Shown here: positions 1-8,905 of the stretch, in pieces
How the letters are laid out: each line of letters opens with the position of its first letter
Position numbering within the stretch: the stretch's first letter is position 1
Assembly: GCA_965262715.1 (NCBI GenBank)
Contig: OZ253553.1
Coordinates: 2,208,001 to 2,272,000, forward strand
Direction: 5' to 3'
DNA length: 64,000 nt
From: Bdellovibrionales bacterium
Lineage (GTDB): Bacteria > Bdellovibrionota > Bdellovibrionia > Bdellovibrionales > JAUICD01
Program-made: the position numbers and the translations under genes
The notes under the pieces: generated by a model
Databases searched by the model: none
What the model saw: only the letters and a program-made list of their open reading frames with translations
What the model was told of the DNA's origin: nothing

Positions 1-437
1 TGACATCTTTCTGCAGCAATAAGGCTTGTTTTTCCTGTTGTAACCACATCCTCTAATATCCAAACTTTATCACCTGGTTTCACATTATTCAGTCCTTCAA
101 TAGGTTGCTTTGTACCATAAGTTTTTACTTTTTCTCTAATATACAAATTCAATAAAGGGATATCCCATGTTAAAGATTTTAAAGAGACTGCAGTGGTCAA
201 TGGAAGTGCTCCTATACCCAGTCCCCCCACACCAACTACATGAGAGGTTTCTTCTTTAAAAAAAGTCAACATTAAATCACTAATGAGATCAAGTGCTTCT
301 GGATATAAGAGAGTGGGTTTAAGATTGATATAGAAATCACTGATTTCTCCAGAGGAAAGACGAATAGGGCCTTTAGTAAGAGACTTTTGCCGAATAACAT
401 TTATAAGTTGTGATTTTATATCTGATTGTCTATTCAC
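1..437 (-). CDS. pyrE: orotate phosphoribosyltransferase (runs off the window edge)
   Basis: Manual translation from GTG at 437 (GGGAGG RBS upstream): LSSGEISDFYIN...VGGLGIGALPL...REKVKNYGTKQPIEG...VWILEDVVTTGKTS (PRPP-binding motif). Not in the ORF track. Confidence 0.9.
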   Translation of the reverse strand, partial: MNRQSDIKSQLINVIRQKSLTKGPIRLSSGEISDFYINLKPTLLYPEALDLISDLMLTFFKEETSHVVGVGGLGIGALPLTTAVSLKSLTWDIPLLNLYIREKVKTYGTKQPIEGLNNVKPGDKVWILEDVVTTGKTSLIAAERC

Positions 438-735
438 ATTTATTTTCCTCCCCTCAAAACACACAGTGATTGCCTTATTTTAGTCAAATTATCCATAACT
501 TTCAATGATATCACAAAATTGTTACTTTTTAACTTGGAAAAAATATGATTTAGATCTTTTACAAGTTGTTCAAGTTTGTTGACAGAAAAGCAACTACTAT
601 GAACCTATAACAAGAATGCTTTGATTTTCAATCACATTCACTTCTTTTCATTATCTAGAGAGTTTAAACACTTTTAGTGAAAAAATCTCTTCATTGCCTA
701 GCACTATATTAAAGAGGCTATCCTTTAAGGATTAA

Positions 736-1646
736 TTACTCCGTACAGAGTGCTTTTTTCTTAAGTGAAGCACTTATTTCTTGTAATATCTGAGTGTAAT
801 CATCCTCACAGATGCTTTTTGATATTCCTCTTGTCTGGTTAACAAGAGCAGCAATTGGTTCATGGTATAAATCAACTTCCCAATCAAAATCATCCCCATC
901 TATCCAACGGCCAAAATCACCATTACTCTTGGCCTGATTGAAGCAATCTTCATCTTGAATAATAATACCATAATTTACATAAGGCTTTGAAGATGTAAAA
1001 GCATTTGTAACTGCTGCAAGAACATTCGCAGGTGTACGAGGTGAATAATCTTGAGGAACGCCTTCACTGTTAGGAGAAACTGTTGTTTCATTAGATAAGA
1101 TAATTGTAATGAGTGTCGCGCGATCTCTAAAAAATCCTGTGGTATTTTGTTGATCAATAGCATTCATAATACTCAAAAAAGGCTGTTCAGTGCTAGAGCC
1201 TTCAGAACACCTATCACCTGGATCACCTCGCCCTGCTGGACATGGTATACTTTCACGTTGAATCGTATTATCAAAAATTTCTTGAAGAACCCCTTGCCCG
1301 TTAAAATGATTTTCTAGCTCTGGTGTGAGTATTTGTACTGTATTTCCATCAATTAAAATTCGCCATTTGCATTTTCTAAGTTATAAAAAGCACCACTAAA
1401 ACCTGGTTGAATCTGAGTGTTATCTGTACTTGTAAAAGCTATTTGCCAATCTACATCTGCATCTGTAAGATTTGAAAACAGTTCTCTAAAAGGAACTGCA
1501 AAGTTTCCTTGATACTTAGACATTGAAGGAGAATTATCTATCACAACTAGAATATCTGCCATATCGCTTGGCGCGTCTGGGTCACAAGTAAGAGGTACTT
1601 GTCCATCATCTTCATCTTCGGGTTTTTCATCTGTTCCAAGAGGCAT
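736..1646 (-). pseudogene. vWA-domain protein, 5'-truncated and split by a frameshift near 1355
   Basis: ORF 1353..1646 carries DILVVIDNSPSM (MIDAS DxSxS). Adding one base to the run at 1355-1358 joins it through IDGNTVQILTPELE...STEQPFLSIMNAID into ORF 736..1176. No signal peptide or RBS at 1646. Confidence 0.7.
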
Positions 1647-2250
1647 TTGATGGAGAATGTGATAACTCTGAAAAAGATGGTTGTGCGAAAGGACGAGCTT
1701 ATCACCGTTTCTCTGGCTCCGATGCTACACATTATTATTGGGGATGCACAGGCGGCGGCGGTGGTTCTAAGACAAGCTACAACGCTTGTAAAATAGAAAG
1801 ACCTCAAGAAGATGGCGACTGTGGAAGCTCTTGTGGCCATTGTTTAGCAGGTTTTGCAGGCCGTACTAGCAATACATCCACGGCTTGCAGCTGGACATGT
1901 CAGGGTGTTGCAGATGGTGAAGATGACGAATGTAGTGCAGTAAGAAGCGCAGAATGTGGTAGTTATGAAGGAAACTGCACTGTAGGCAATTCAGAAGACC
2001 TGCCGGATACATCAACTCACTATGAATGGAAATGTACAACATCTAGTGGTAGTACTGATTATTGTGATGAGGAAATACCAGTTACACCCGGCACTTTACC
2101 TCCTACAGGACAAGGACCACAATGTGATGAAGCCACCGAAAACGGATGTTTAAGAGGTGGTCTAACAAATACACCAGTACACCCTCTGAGTATAAGTGGC
2201 AGTGCTCTGTAGGTAGCAGCATTGCCAACTGTAGTAAGGCCAAAGATTAA
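1646..2250 (+). pseudogene. Cys-rich repeat protein fragment with no start codon, frameshift near 2180
   Basis: Open frame 1646-2212: DGECDNSEKDGCAKG...THYYWGC...CSWTC...THYEWKC...QCDEATENGC. A shifted frame continues EYKWQCSVGSSIANCSKAKD* to 2250. Not in the ORF track. Confidence 0.7.
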
Positions 2251-2374
2251 CTATAAGGATAATAAAAAATAAAATAATCCTAAGTTCATAACTAGTACTA
2301 TATTGGCAAGCTATCTATCCTTATGATAGAAAGAAGGTTGCGTAAGGTCACTTAATTCATAAAACGTTTCACAT

Positions 2375-3139
2375 CTACGCTAAATCTATAGAAAATAGAT
2401 GCCAAAATACTTTCCAATAAAGCCTTTTTATTCTAAAACTTAACCAACTATCTGTATAAGGATCGATCTTTCTAAGCTTCTTTATCACCTCTGAGTTTGG
2501 AGCAGATTTTATCATAGCCTTTATCATACTCATATTCCCCACTACAACAGCGTTGTGAAAGGCCATGACTATATTCATTTCTGTAGGGTCAGATTGCATA
2601 AAAGACTGCACTATTAACTGCATATCTGTATCATCAATACGCGCTTGATAAGCTAATAAGGAAAAAGCTGTCACGCCTAATCCTGCAGTTGTGTCTATAG
2701 CTTCGAATTCTTCCAGTAATAAGTTCACTATATGAGGATAGCCCCTCTTTACAGCTAAGTGTAAAGGTGTTATAAGTAACTCCTCACTTGTAATATTTCG
2801 AACAACATTCACAACTTTATTTGAAGATATCAATGTATCGAAATCTATGAAAACAATATCCTCATCAAGTTCTACAAATCTTGTGTTATCATCAAACCCG
2901 AGAGCACTTAAAGGCACCCAAACATTTTGGTTTGCTCCATCATTCAAAAGTCTTCTTACAGCTCTATAATCTGGCTCTGAGATGGCACGCATTAAGCTGA
3001 GGCTAAGCGACCATTGCTCTTGAACAGACAAACTCGAAGCACAATCTAAACCTGTTTTATTCTGACTACTGGCTAATCCAGTGTGGGACATCAAAACAAT
3101 GATTAAACATACAACAACCCTACAAAAATACATCTGCAC
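2375..3139 (-). CDS. secreted ankyrin-repeat protein
   Basis: N-terminal hydrophobic signal; TPLHLAVKRGYPHIVNLLLE ankyrin consensus. Confidence 0.8.
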   Translation of the reverse strand: MQMYFCRVVVCLIIVLMSHTGLASSQNKTGLDCASSLSVQEQWSLSLSLMRAISEPDYRAVRRLLNDGANQNVWVPLSALGFDDNTRFVELDEDIVFIDFDTLISSNKVVNVVRNITSEELLITPLHLAVKRGYPHIVNLLLEEFEAIDTTAGLGVTAFSLLAYQARIDDTDMQLIVQSFMQSDPTEMNIVMAFHNAVVVGNMSMIKAMIKSAPNSEVIKKLRKIDPYTDSWLSFRIKRLYWKVFWHLFSIDLA

Positions 3140-3197
3140 TTCCTTAAACTGACTAAACTCGTCTTTTACTCTATATTTTGCAAAAAGTCAAGCCGGC

Positions 3198-3410
3198 CTC
3201 TGTTTCACTAAAATGCATCTGACGTCACTTTCTGGCGATAACCCTGATGGCTCCATCAGAAAATGGTTATCGCCTAGAAAGAAAGATGCATTTTAGGAAG
3301 GAGACTCTCCTCATTTTTTAACAAAATGTTAAGGAAATTTTCCATTTATTACTTACATCTTCAAGAAATTGCTGACTGCCTCAAAAATCCGTTTATTTTG
3401 AGTGAGTTTG
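3198..3410 (+). repeat. palindromic intergenic element, module A (full copy 3198-3340 plus a partial copy)
   Basis: ctgtttcactaaaatgcatct...agatgcattttag nested hairpin ending ttaacaaaatgttaaggaaat; homologous to copies at 4567, 24773, 26468, 36108, 45065 and 59491. Confidence 0.85.
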
Positions 3411-3685
3411 TATAATGCAAAACTGGTATCTTTTTTAAAACTTTTATCTCTAGTAGCATTTTTGAGATGGCTTCTATATATAATACGCGGACGCAGGTCA
3501 TAAAACCTGCCCGCACCCACTAGTCGAATCCAGTGGGGATGTTATCATTTATCTTCATCTACACTTTAAAGTTGTCAAATATTTTATTTAGAATAATATT
3601 TTTCCCTTTTAAATTTAACTCAAAGGGTTTCTTTAATTTTCAAATGGGATCATTTTAAAATAAGCCATATTTCAGAGAAATACTT

Positions 3686-4288
3686 TTATATTCCACTTTT
3701 GATATTTTTGAGTCTCTTATTTTGATTAATCGTCCATATATCCTGCTTATTATTACTAAATGACCTACTTGCACCAATTGTAAACTTTACTTTATGTCTA
3801 CCTGTATTCTCTACTTTTGCGTTTGCTGTTGCAGGAATAGCATCAGAAGTATCAGTAATGCAATCACAAGGATTACTACTAAGACACAATTTTTGTATAT
3901 TTACCAATTCGGTTTTATTACATTTTGTGTTTAAAACTTCTGGACCTTGATAACCAGGACACTGAGTTCTAGCATTTTGATGATTTGTATTGCAAACAGA
4001 AGGATTTGTGCCATCAGGCCATCCTGCATTGTAGGCTACATTACCTCTACTTCTAAACCCCATTTGTGGCAAGTTAGTGGTTCCATAGCCCCAATTAAGA
4101 GAAAAGGTGCGTTCTATAGTGTACATACTCGAAAGCAGCATTTTAGCTTCATTTTGCAAAGCTCTTCTTTGATATTTTTGGTACTGAGGAATAGCAATGA
4201 CTGTTAATATTCCTATAATAGCAACAGCCACCATAATTTCAATTAAAGAAAATCCATATTGATTGAGTTTTATTTTTACCCTTTTCAT
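3686..4288 (-). CDS. type IVa pilin-like protein
   Basis: Class III signal G|FSLIEIMVAVAIIGIL with E5; Cys-rich C-terminal region. Confidence 0.9.
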   Translation of the reverse strand: MKRVKIKLNQYGFSLIEIMVAVAIIGILTVIAIPQYQKYQRRALQNEAKMLLSSMYTIERTFSLNWGYGTTNLPQMGFRSRGNVAYNAGWPDGTNPSVCNTNHQNARTQCPGYQGPEVLNTKCNKTELVNIQKLCLSSNPCDCITDTSDAIPATANAKVENTGRHKVKFTIGASRSFSNNKQDIWTINQNKRLKNIKSGI

Positions 4289-4300
4289 AACCTCTCTCCT

Positions 4301-4720
4301 TACAAATCACCTAAATCTTTATAGTAAGTTAAAATTGAATACTTTAAGCCAAAGACGAGATATTCCGCAGAGTCATCGCTGTCTAAGCGATGGCTCGAGG
4401 ACTTCGAGGCTTGGCTTAAAATATTAAATCAAAGCTTTCAAAGATTTTTTCCTTGTTTTTTCTAAAAAAACAACACATCCCTCGTCTCTTAACATAATGT
4501 TAAGGAAATCCTGTTCTTATCTATTCTATCTTCTCTACTTCTTTTAGCCTTCTTATATAATCCAATCTCTCTGTCTCACTTAAAATGAACCTGCCTCTGG
4601 CAGCTTTTGGATAGTTAGCATGAAGGCTCACGCCTTCAATAAAATGCTAACTATCTCAAAAATCCGTTCATTTTAAGTAAACAGATATCCCTCGTCTCTT
4701 AACATTATGTTAAGGAAATC
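4301..4720 (+). repeat. composite palindromic element (module B, duplicated spacer, module A)
   Basis: Module B 4301-4480 (ttccgcaga-hairpin-tcgaggact core), module A 4567-4720; near-identical direct duplication 4477-4566 / 4687-4774. Confidence 0.85.
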
Positions 4721-4762
4721 CTGTTCTTATCTATTCTATCTTCTCTACTTCTTTTAGCCTTC

Positions 4763-5452
4763 TTATAATCCAATTTGAACATTCTTTAATCTTCCATTCT
4801 CGTTAATGTACCAATTATCATTATGTGAACTGCCTGTAAAACGTGCTGTTGCGCCAATGCCAAATTTTACTGCAGCAGCATCAGGGTCACTTTTATTATT
4901 TATCTCTATTTCATAGCTACCAAAAGTTGGTGGTATATCAAAATTTGAAGTAGCAGTAGGATTAAAGGTACATGGAGATTCATCCTTAAAATTACTGTCT
5001 TTACATACTTCTTTTACATTTGTGAAGTTTTTTAAAGCAGGAGGCGAAAGCCCTAAGTCATTATAACTAAGGCTTGGTCTATTTAAATCACTTGGCAAAT
5101 AAGGACCTTCATATTTAGTTACTGTTCCGCTACCATTAACCTCATTGATATCTGACGTTGCTGATATATGACTTGTTTCCCAACCAGCATTATAAAAGTA
5201 ATTGCCTCGAGGGAAAAACCCCAATTGATGAAAGTTGGGTGTCCCATAACCCCATTCGTCAACAAAAGCTCTTTCTTTTGCATAAAGTCCAGAAAGCAAA
5301 ACCTTTGCTTCAGTCTGCATGCCTTTTCTTTGTGATTTTTGATAATGAGGAATTCCAATCACAGTTAAAAGACCCACTATCACTAAAGTCATCAAAATTT
5401 CAGCTAAAGAAAATCCTTTTTGATCAAAATAAAAATACCATTTTTTTCTCAT
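4763..5452 (-). CDS. type IVa pilin-like protein
   Basis: G|FSLAEILMTLVIVGLL prepilin motif; paralogue of 3686..4288 (shared EAK.LLS..Y..ER.F...WGYGT.N..Q.GF..RGN..YNAGW). Confidence 0.9.
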   Translation of the reverse strand: MRKKWYFYFDQKGFSLAEILMTLVIVGLLTVIGIPHYQKSQRKGMQTEAKVLLSGLYAKERAFVDEWGYGTPNFHQLGFFPRGNYFYNAGWETSHISATSDINEVNGSGTVTKYEGPYLPSDLNRPSLSYNDLGLSPPALKNFTNVKEVCKDSNFKDESPCTFNPTATSNFDIPPTFGSYEIEINNKSDPDAAAVKFGIGATARFTGSSHNDNWYINENGRLKNVQIGL

Positions 5453-5612
5453 AAATTTAAGCTCACATATTCTCTATTTATCTTAATTTTATTATACATT
5501 ATCTGATTTCATTTTGCTGATTTTTATCTACAACGTGCTTTTATTCTTTATGATATTGGATCAAATCAATACATAAATCTTGCGGCGAATGTACTTTAGG
5601 TGGATGTTATTA

Positions 5613-5668
5613 TCCGGGATCTGGCATTCTGCCAATCCGGAAACCAGTCCCCGGGAACTGATACCAGA
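5613..5668. repeat. GC-rich short-period imperfect repeat (family C)
   Basis: tccgggatctggc...ccgggaactg; shares words with 45131-45196, 46798-46968 and (reverse) 26864-26908. Confidence 0.5.
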
Positions 5669-5759
5669 AGGTCTATTCTGAGCGCATAGATTACAATTTA
5701 TATTAAAATGCCTTATAATATCTAATTTTAAATTACAAAAGAGTTAAATAAAAGTTATT

Positions 5760-6534
5760 ATGAAAGACAAAAAGGTAACCACGCATAGACCAAAAACCTA
5801 GTAGAAACCCATAGAATCCAAAGCTTATAGTGAATATATTATCTTTGTTGATGAAAGTGGTGATCATGGCCTTGAGTCTATCGACAGCAAATATCCTCTA
5901 TTTGTTTTGAATTTTTGCATCTTCCATAAAGACAATTATATAAAAGATATTATACCAAAAATCCACAAATTCAAATTTAAACACTTTGGCTACGATACTG
6001 TAATATTACATGAACATCATATCCATAAGCAAAAACCACCTTTTACCTTCTTGCAAACTGAAAATAAACATGAAGTCTTTATGAAAGAATTAGGCAGATT
6101 GATTGAAGAACTTGAATTTACTATATTACCAGTTGTGATTAAAAAACAAGAACTGAAAATCAATACGCTAAACCCTGCAATTCTTACGAGTTGACACTTA
6201 CTTTCTGTATGGAAAAAACCTATTCCTTTCTTAGAAAACAATATCAGATTAAGAAACTTTCACATATTGTTATTTAAAAAAGAGGGCAAAAAAAGATGAA
6301 AAACTTAAACAAACTTTCCATGAAGTTTGTAATGGCAATAATTATAATGGGATAAAGATGAATAACTTTGAAATAATTTTTGCAGATAAAAAAATTAATT
6401 CCACAGGCCTACAATTAGCCGACCTAACAGCTCGCCCAATAGGCCGATATATTATGGACCCTCATCAAGACAACCGTGCGTGGAAAATTATTGAAAAAAA
6501 ATTGACTAACATTGGCATTAAAGTTTTTCCCTAA
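5760..6534 (+). pseudogene. DUF3800-family protein, multiply disrupted
   Basis: YIIFVDESGDHGLESIDSKYPLFVL at the N-terminus and KKINSTGLQLADLTARPIGR...IKVFP* at the C-terminus; in-frame stops near 5800 and frameshifts around 6150-6300. Confidence 0.8.
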
Positions 6535-6597
6535 AAAATGAAAAGCTCTAGAAACCCTAGAGCAAGTCACCGACCAGGAACAACCCCCAATCCAGTC
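6535..6597. ncRNA. candidate DUF3800-associated structured RNA motif
   Basis: Directly after the DUF3800 stop: gaaaa-gctctag aaacc ctagagc-aagtcaccgaccaggaacaacccccaatcc, GC-rich relative to its flanks; Rfam DUF3800 motifs occur beside such genes. Confidence 0.5.
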
Positions 6598-6933
6598 TTC
6601 ATAGTAACTCATGAACAATCCTTTGTCAAATCACAATGTCTTTTCTATAGCTGCTTCTGATTTATTATCTTAACCTGCATTTAATCTCTTGTTAATGTCT
6701 AAACCCAGATTTGATGTACAGTTTAGAATGCAATGTTTGATTTACGGACCTCAAACCCCATTTATTTATACTTTTAGCTGGTATATTTCTTGCTTATACC
6801 TTAAATATCCACTCAAGAGGGGTGTAAAATCTGAAGAAACAACTTTTAGAAAATATTGTATGAGCGCAGGAAATAAGATAAAAGAACAAATGTACATGAT
6901 ATAATAAAGAGAAAATAATAAAGGGTTAAAGTA

Positions 6934-7566
6934 ATGAGTTCAAAGAATAAACACAATCAAAAAGATCAAGAGAAAACACCTGCTTTTAATGAAGTTTGGC
7001 AAATATTGAAAGAAACTGCTAAAGAGCGAAAAGAATCTCATAAAGCTTTCAAAGAAGAAATGAAAGAGAGCCGAATAAAATTTGATAAAGACATGGAAGA
7101 AAGTCGTATAGAATTTGATAAAAACATGAATGAAATGCGAGGTATTTGGAATAATGCTTGGACTGATTTTGTAGAAAGTTTGGTAAGTGGCTCTCTAGCT
7201 AAAATGCTTCAAGAATGGATGCCTTCTATCACTCAAACTATGAAAAATATTGAGTGTTATCGTAATGGCCTTGATTGTGACATTGATATCATAGCAGTCA
7301 ATGATGAGAGCCTAGTTGCTGTTGACGTCAAATCAACTCTTAATATTAAAGATGTAAATGATTTTTTAGAAAAACTTCAAAAATTTATTATGTTTTTTCC
7401 TCAATTTAAGAATTACAATGTTTATGGAGCTCTTGCATACTTTAAAGTCACTCAAGGTGCTGACAAATTTGCAATGAAGCAAGGACTATTTGTCATCCGT
7501 GATAGCGGTGAAATTCTTAATAAAAAAGGTACTTTTAAACCTCAAATTATTAAACAGCTACCATAA
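6934..7566 (+). CDS. coiled-coil plus PD-(D/E)XK nuclease-like protein (DUF3782-like)
   Basis: DIDIIAVNDESLVAVDVKSTL motif; N-terminal 11-aa coiled-coil repeats. Confidence 0.7.
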   Translation: MSSKNKHNQKDQEKTPAFNEVWQILKETAKERKESHKAFKEEMKESRIKFDKDMEESRIEFDKNMNEMRGIWNNAWTDFVESLVSGSLAKMLQEWMPSITQTMKNIECYRNGLDCDIDIIAVNDESLVAVDVKSTLNIKDVNDFLEKLQKFIMFFPQFKNYNVYGALAYFKVTQGADKFAMKQGLFVIRDSGEILNKKGTFKPQIIKQLP

Positions 7567-7672
7567 AACTTTAAGAAACAACTTTTAGAAAATATTGTAT
7601 GAAAGCAAAAAACAAGATAGAAGAATAAATCTATATGATATAATGAAGAGAAAATGATGAAAGGTTAAAATA

Positions 7673-8392
7673 ATGAGTTTAAAGGATAAACACAATCTAA
7701 AAAATAAAGAAAAAATACCTACTTTTGATGAAGTTTGGCAAATATTGAAAGAAACTGCTAAAGAGCGAAAAGAATCTCATAAAGCTTTCAAAGAAGAAAT
7801 GAAAGAGAGCCGGATAAAGTCTGATAAAGACATGGAAGAAAGTCGAATAAAGTCTGATAAAGACATAAAAGAAAGTCGTATAGAATTCAATAAAAAACTA
7901 GAAGAGAGTCGGATAGAATTTGATAAAAAAATGAATAAAATGCGTGGTATCTGGAGTAATGCTTGGGGTGATTTTGTAGAAAGTTTGGTAAGCGGCTGTC
8001 TAGTTAAAATGCTCCAAGAATGGATACCTTCTATCAATCAAATTATGAAAAATATTGAATGTCATCGCAATGGTCATGATTGTGAAATTGATATCATAGC
8101 AGTCAATAATGAGAGCCTAGTTGCTGTTGAAGTCAAGTCAACTCTTAATATTAAAGATGTAAATAACTTTTTAGAAAAACTTCAAAGATTTGCTATGTTT
8201 TTTCCTCAATTCAAGAATTACAATGTTTATGGAGCTGTTGCATACCTTAAAGTCACTCAAAGTGCTGACAAGTTTGCAATGAAACAAGGATTATTTGTCA
8301 TACGTGCTACTGGCGATAGTGGTGAAATTCTTAATAAAAAAGGAGCTTTTAAACCTCAAGTCATCAAACAAATCCCTTTGAAGTATCTCTAA
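7673..8392 (+). CDS. coiled-coil plus PD-(D/E)XK nuclease-like protein (DUF3782-like), tandem paralogue
   Basis: EIDIIAVNNESLVAVEVKSTL; close duplicate of 6934..7566 with extra EESRIKSDKDM-type repeats. Confidence 0.75.
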   Translation: MSLKDKHNLKNKEKIPTFDEVWQILKETAKERKESHKAFKEEMKESRIKSDKDMEESRIKSDKDIKESRIEFNKKLEESRIEFDKKMNKMRGIWSNAWGDFVESLVSGCLVKMLQEWIPSINQIMKNIECHRNGHDCEIDIIAVNNESLVAVEVKSTLNIKDVNNFLEKLQRFAMFFPQFKNYNVYGAVAYLKVTQSADKFAMKQGLFVIRATGDSGEILNKKGAFKPQVIKQIPLKYL

Positions 8393-8415
8393 AGCAATAT
8401 ATCTATAGAATTTAG

Positions 8416-8841
8416 CTAAGACAATCTTTGAGAAGATATGGCCTTTTTTTGTGAAAATTCAAGTTCTTTTAGGGTTTTTTGTGCTTTTTCTTCAATTTTA
8501 TCAAGATCTGATCGCATTCGTTGTTTTAAAAGCCAATTTTCCTCTGCAATATTTAGAGCAGCTAAGATGGTCGCCATCTGAAAAGACCCACTTTTTAAAC
8601 AATTACGAGATTCTGTGAATTTTTTATTCACATAATAAACTAGTTTGCGAACTGTCTCTTCATCATAAGAAGACTTGACTTTAAGACTCATCTCGCCAAT
8701 CTTAACTCTAAAAAAATCTTTCTTTGCATTCTGATCAATAGAATTTTTCATGGCATTGGCTTTCATTTTTTTACTTTTATTGACTTTAAACGTATCTGTC
8801 ATTATTAAGATAATCGCATTAAGGCATTTGTATTGTGGCAC
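8416..8841 (-). CDS. zapA: cell division protein ZapA (true start probably about 8751-8766)
   Basis: VKIGEMSLKVKS...VRKLVYYVNKK...ILAALNIAEE plus C-terminal coiled coil. Confidence 0.8.
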   Translation of the reverse strand: MPQYKCLNAIILIMTDTFKVNKSKKMKANAMKNSIDQNAKKDFFRVKIGEMSLKVKSSYDEETVRKLVYYVNKKFTESRNCLKSGSFQMATILAALNIAEENWLLKQRMRSDLDKIEEKAQKTLKELEFSQKKAISSQRLS

Positions 8842-8905
8842 GTCTTATTATTTCATACAACAAAAGAAGTGCTATTGTTAGTGCCCATGACAAAAAGGAA
8901 TTTTT

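Noticed and set aside
1547..1840. ORFs 1547..1840 (-) and 1599..1796 (+)
   Set aside because: Shadow frames across the junction; the coding-like frames are the vWA fragment and the Cys-rich frame
4361..4403. Kink-turn in the module B core
   Set aside because: The GA after the GCA bulge pairs Watson-Crick with TC in every copy, which does not fit tandem G-A k-turn geometry
8392..8416. 6S RNA downstream of zapA
   Set aside because: Only about 23 bp separate zapA from the convergent gene, too little for ssrS
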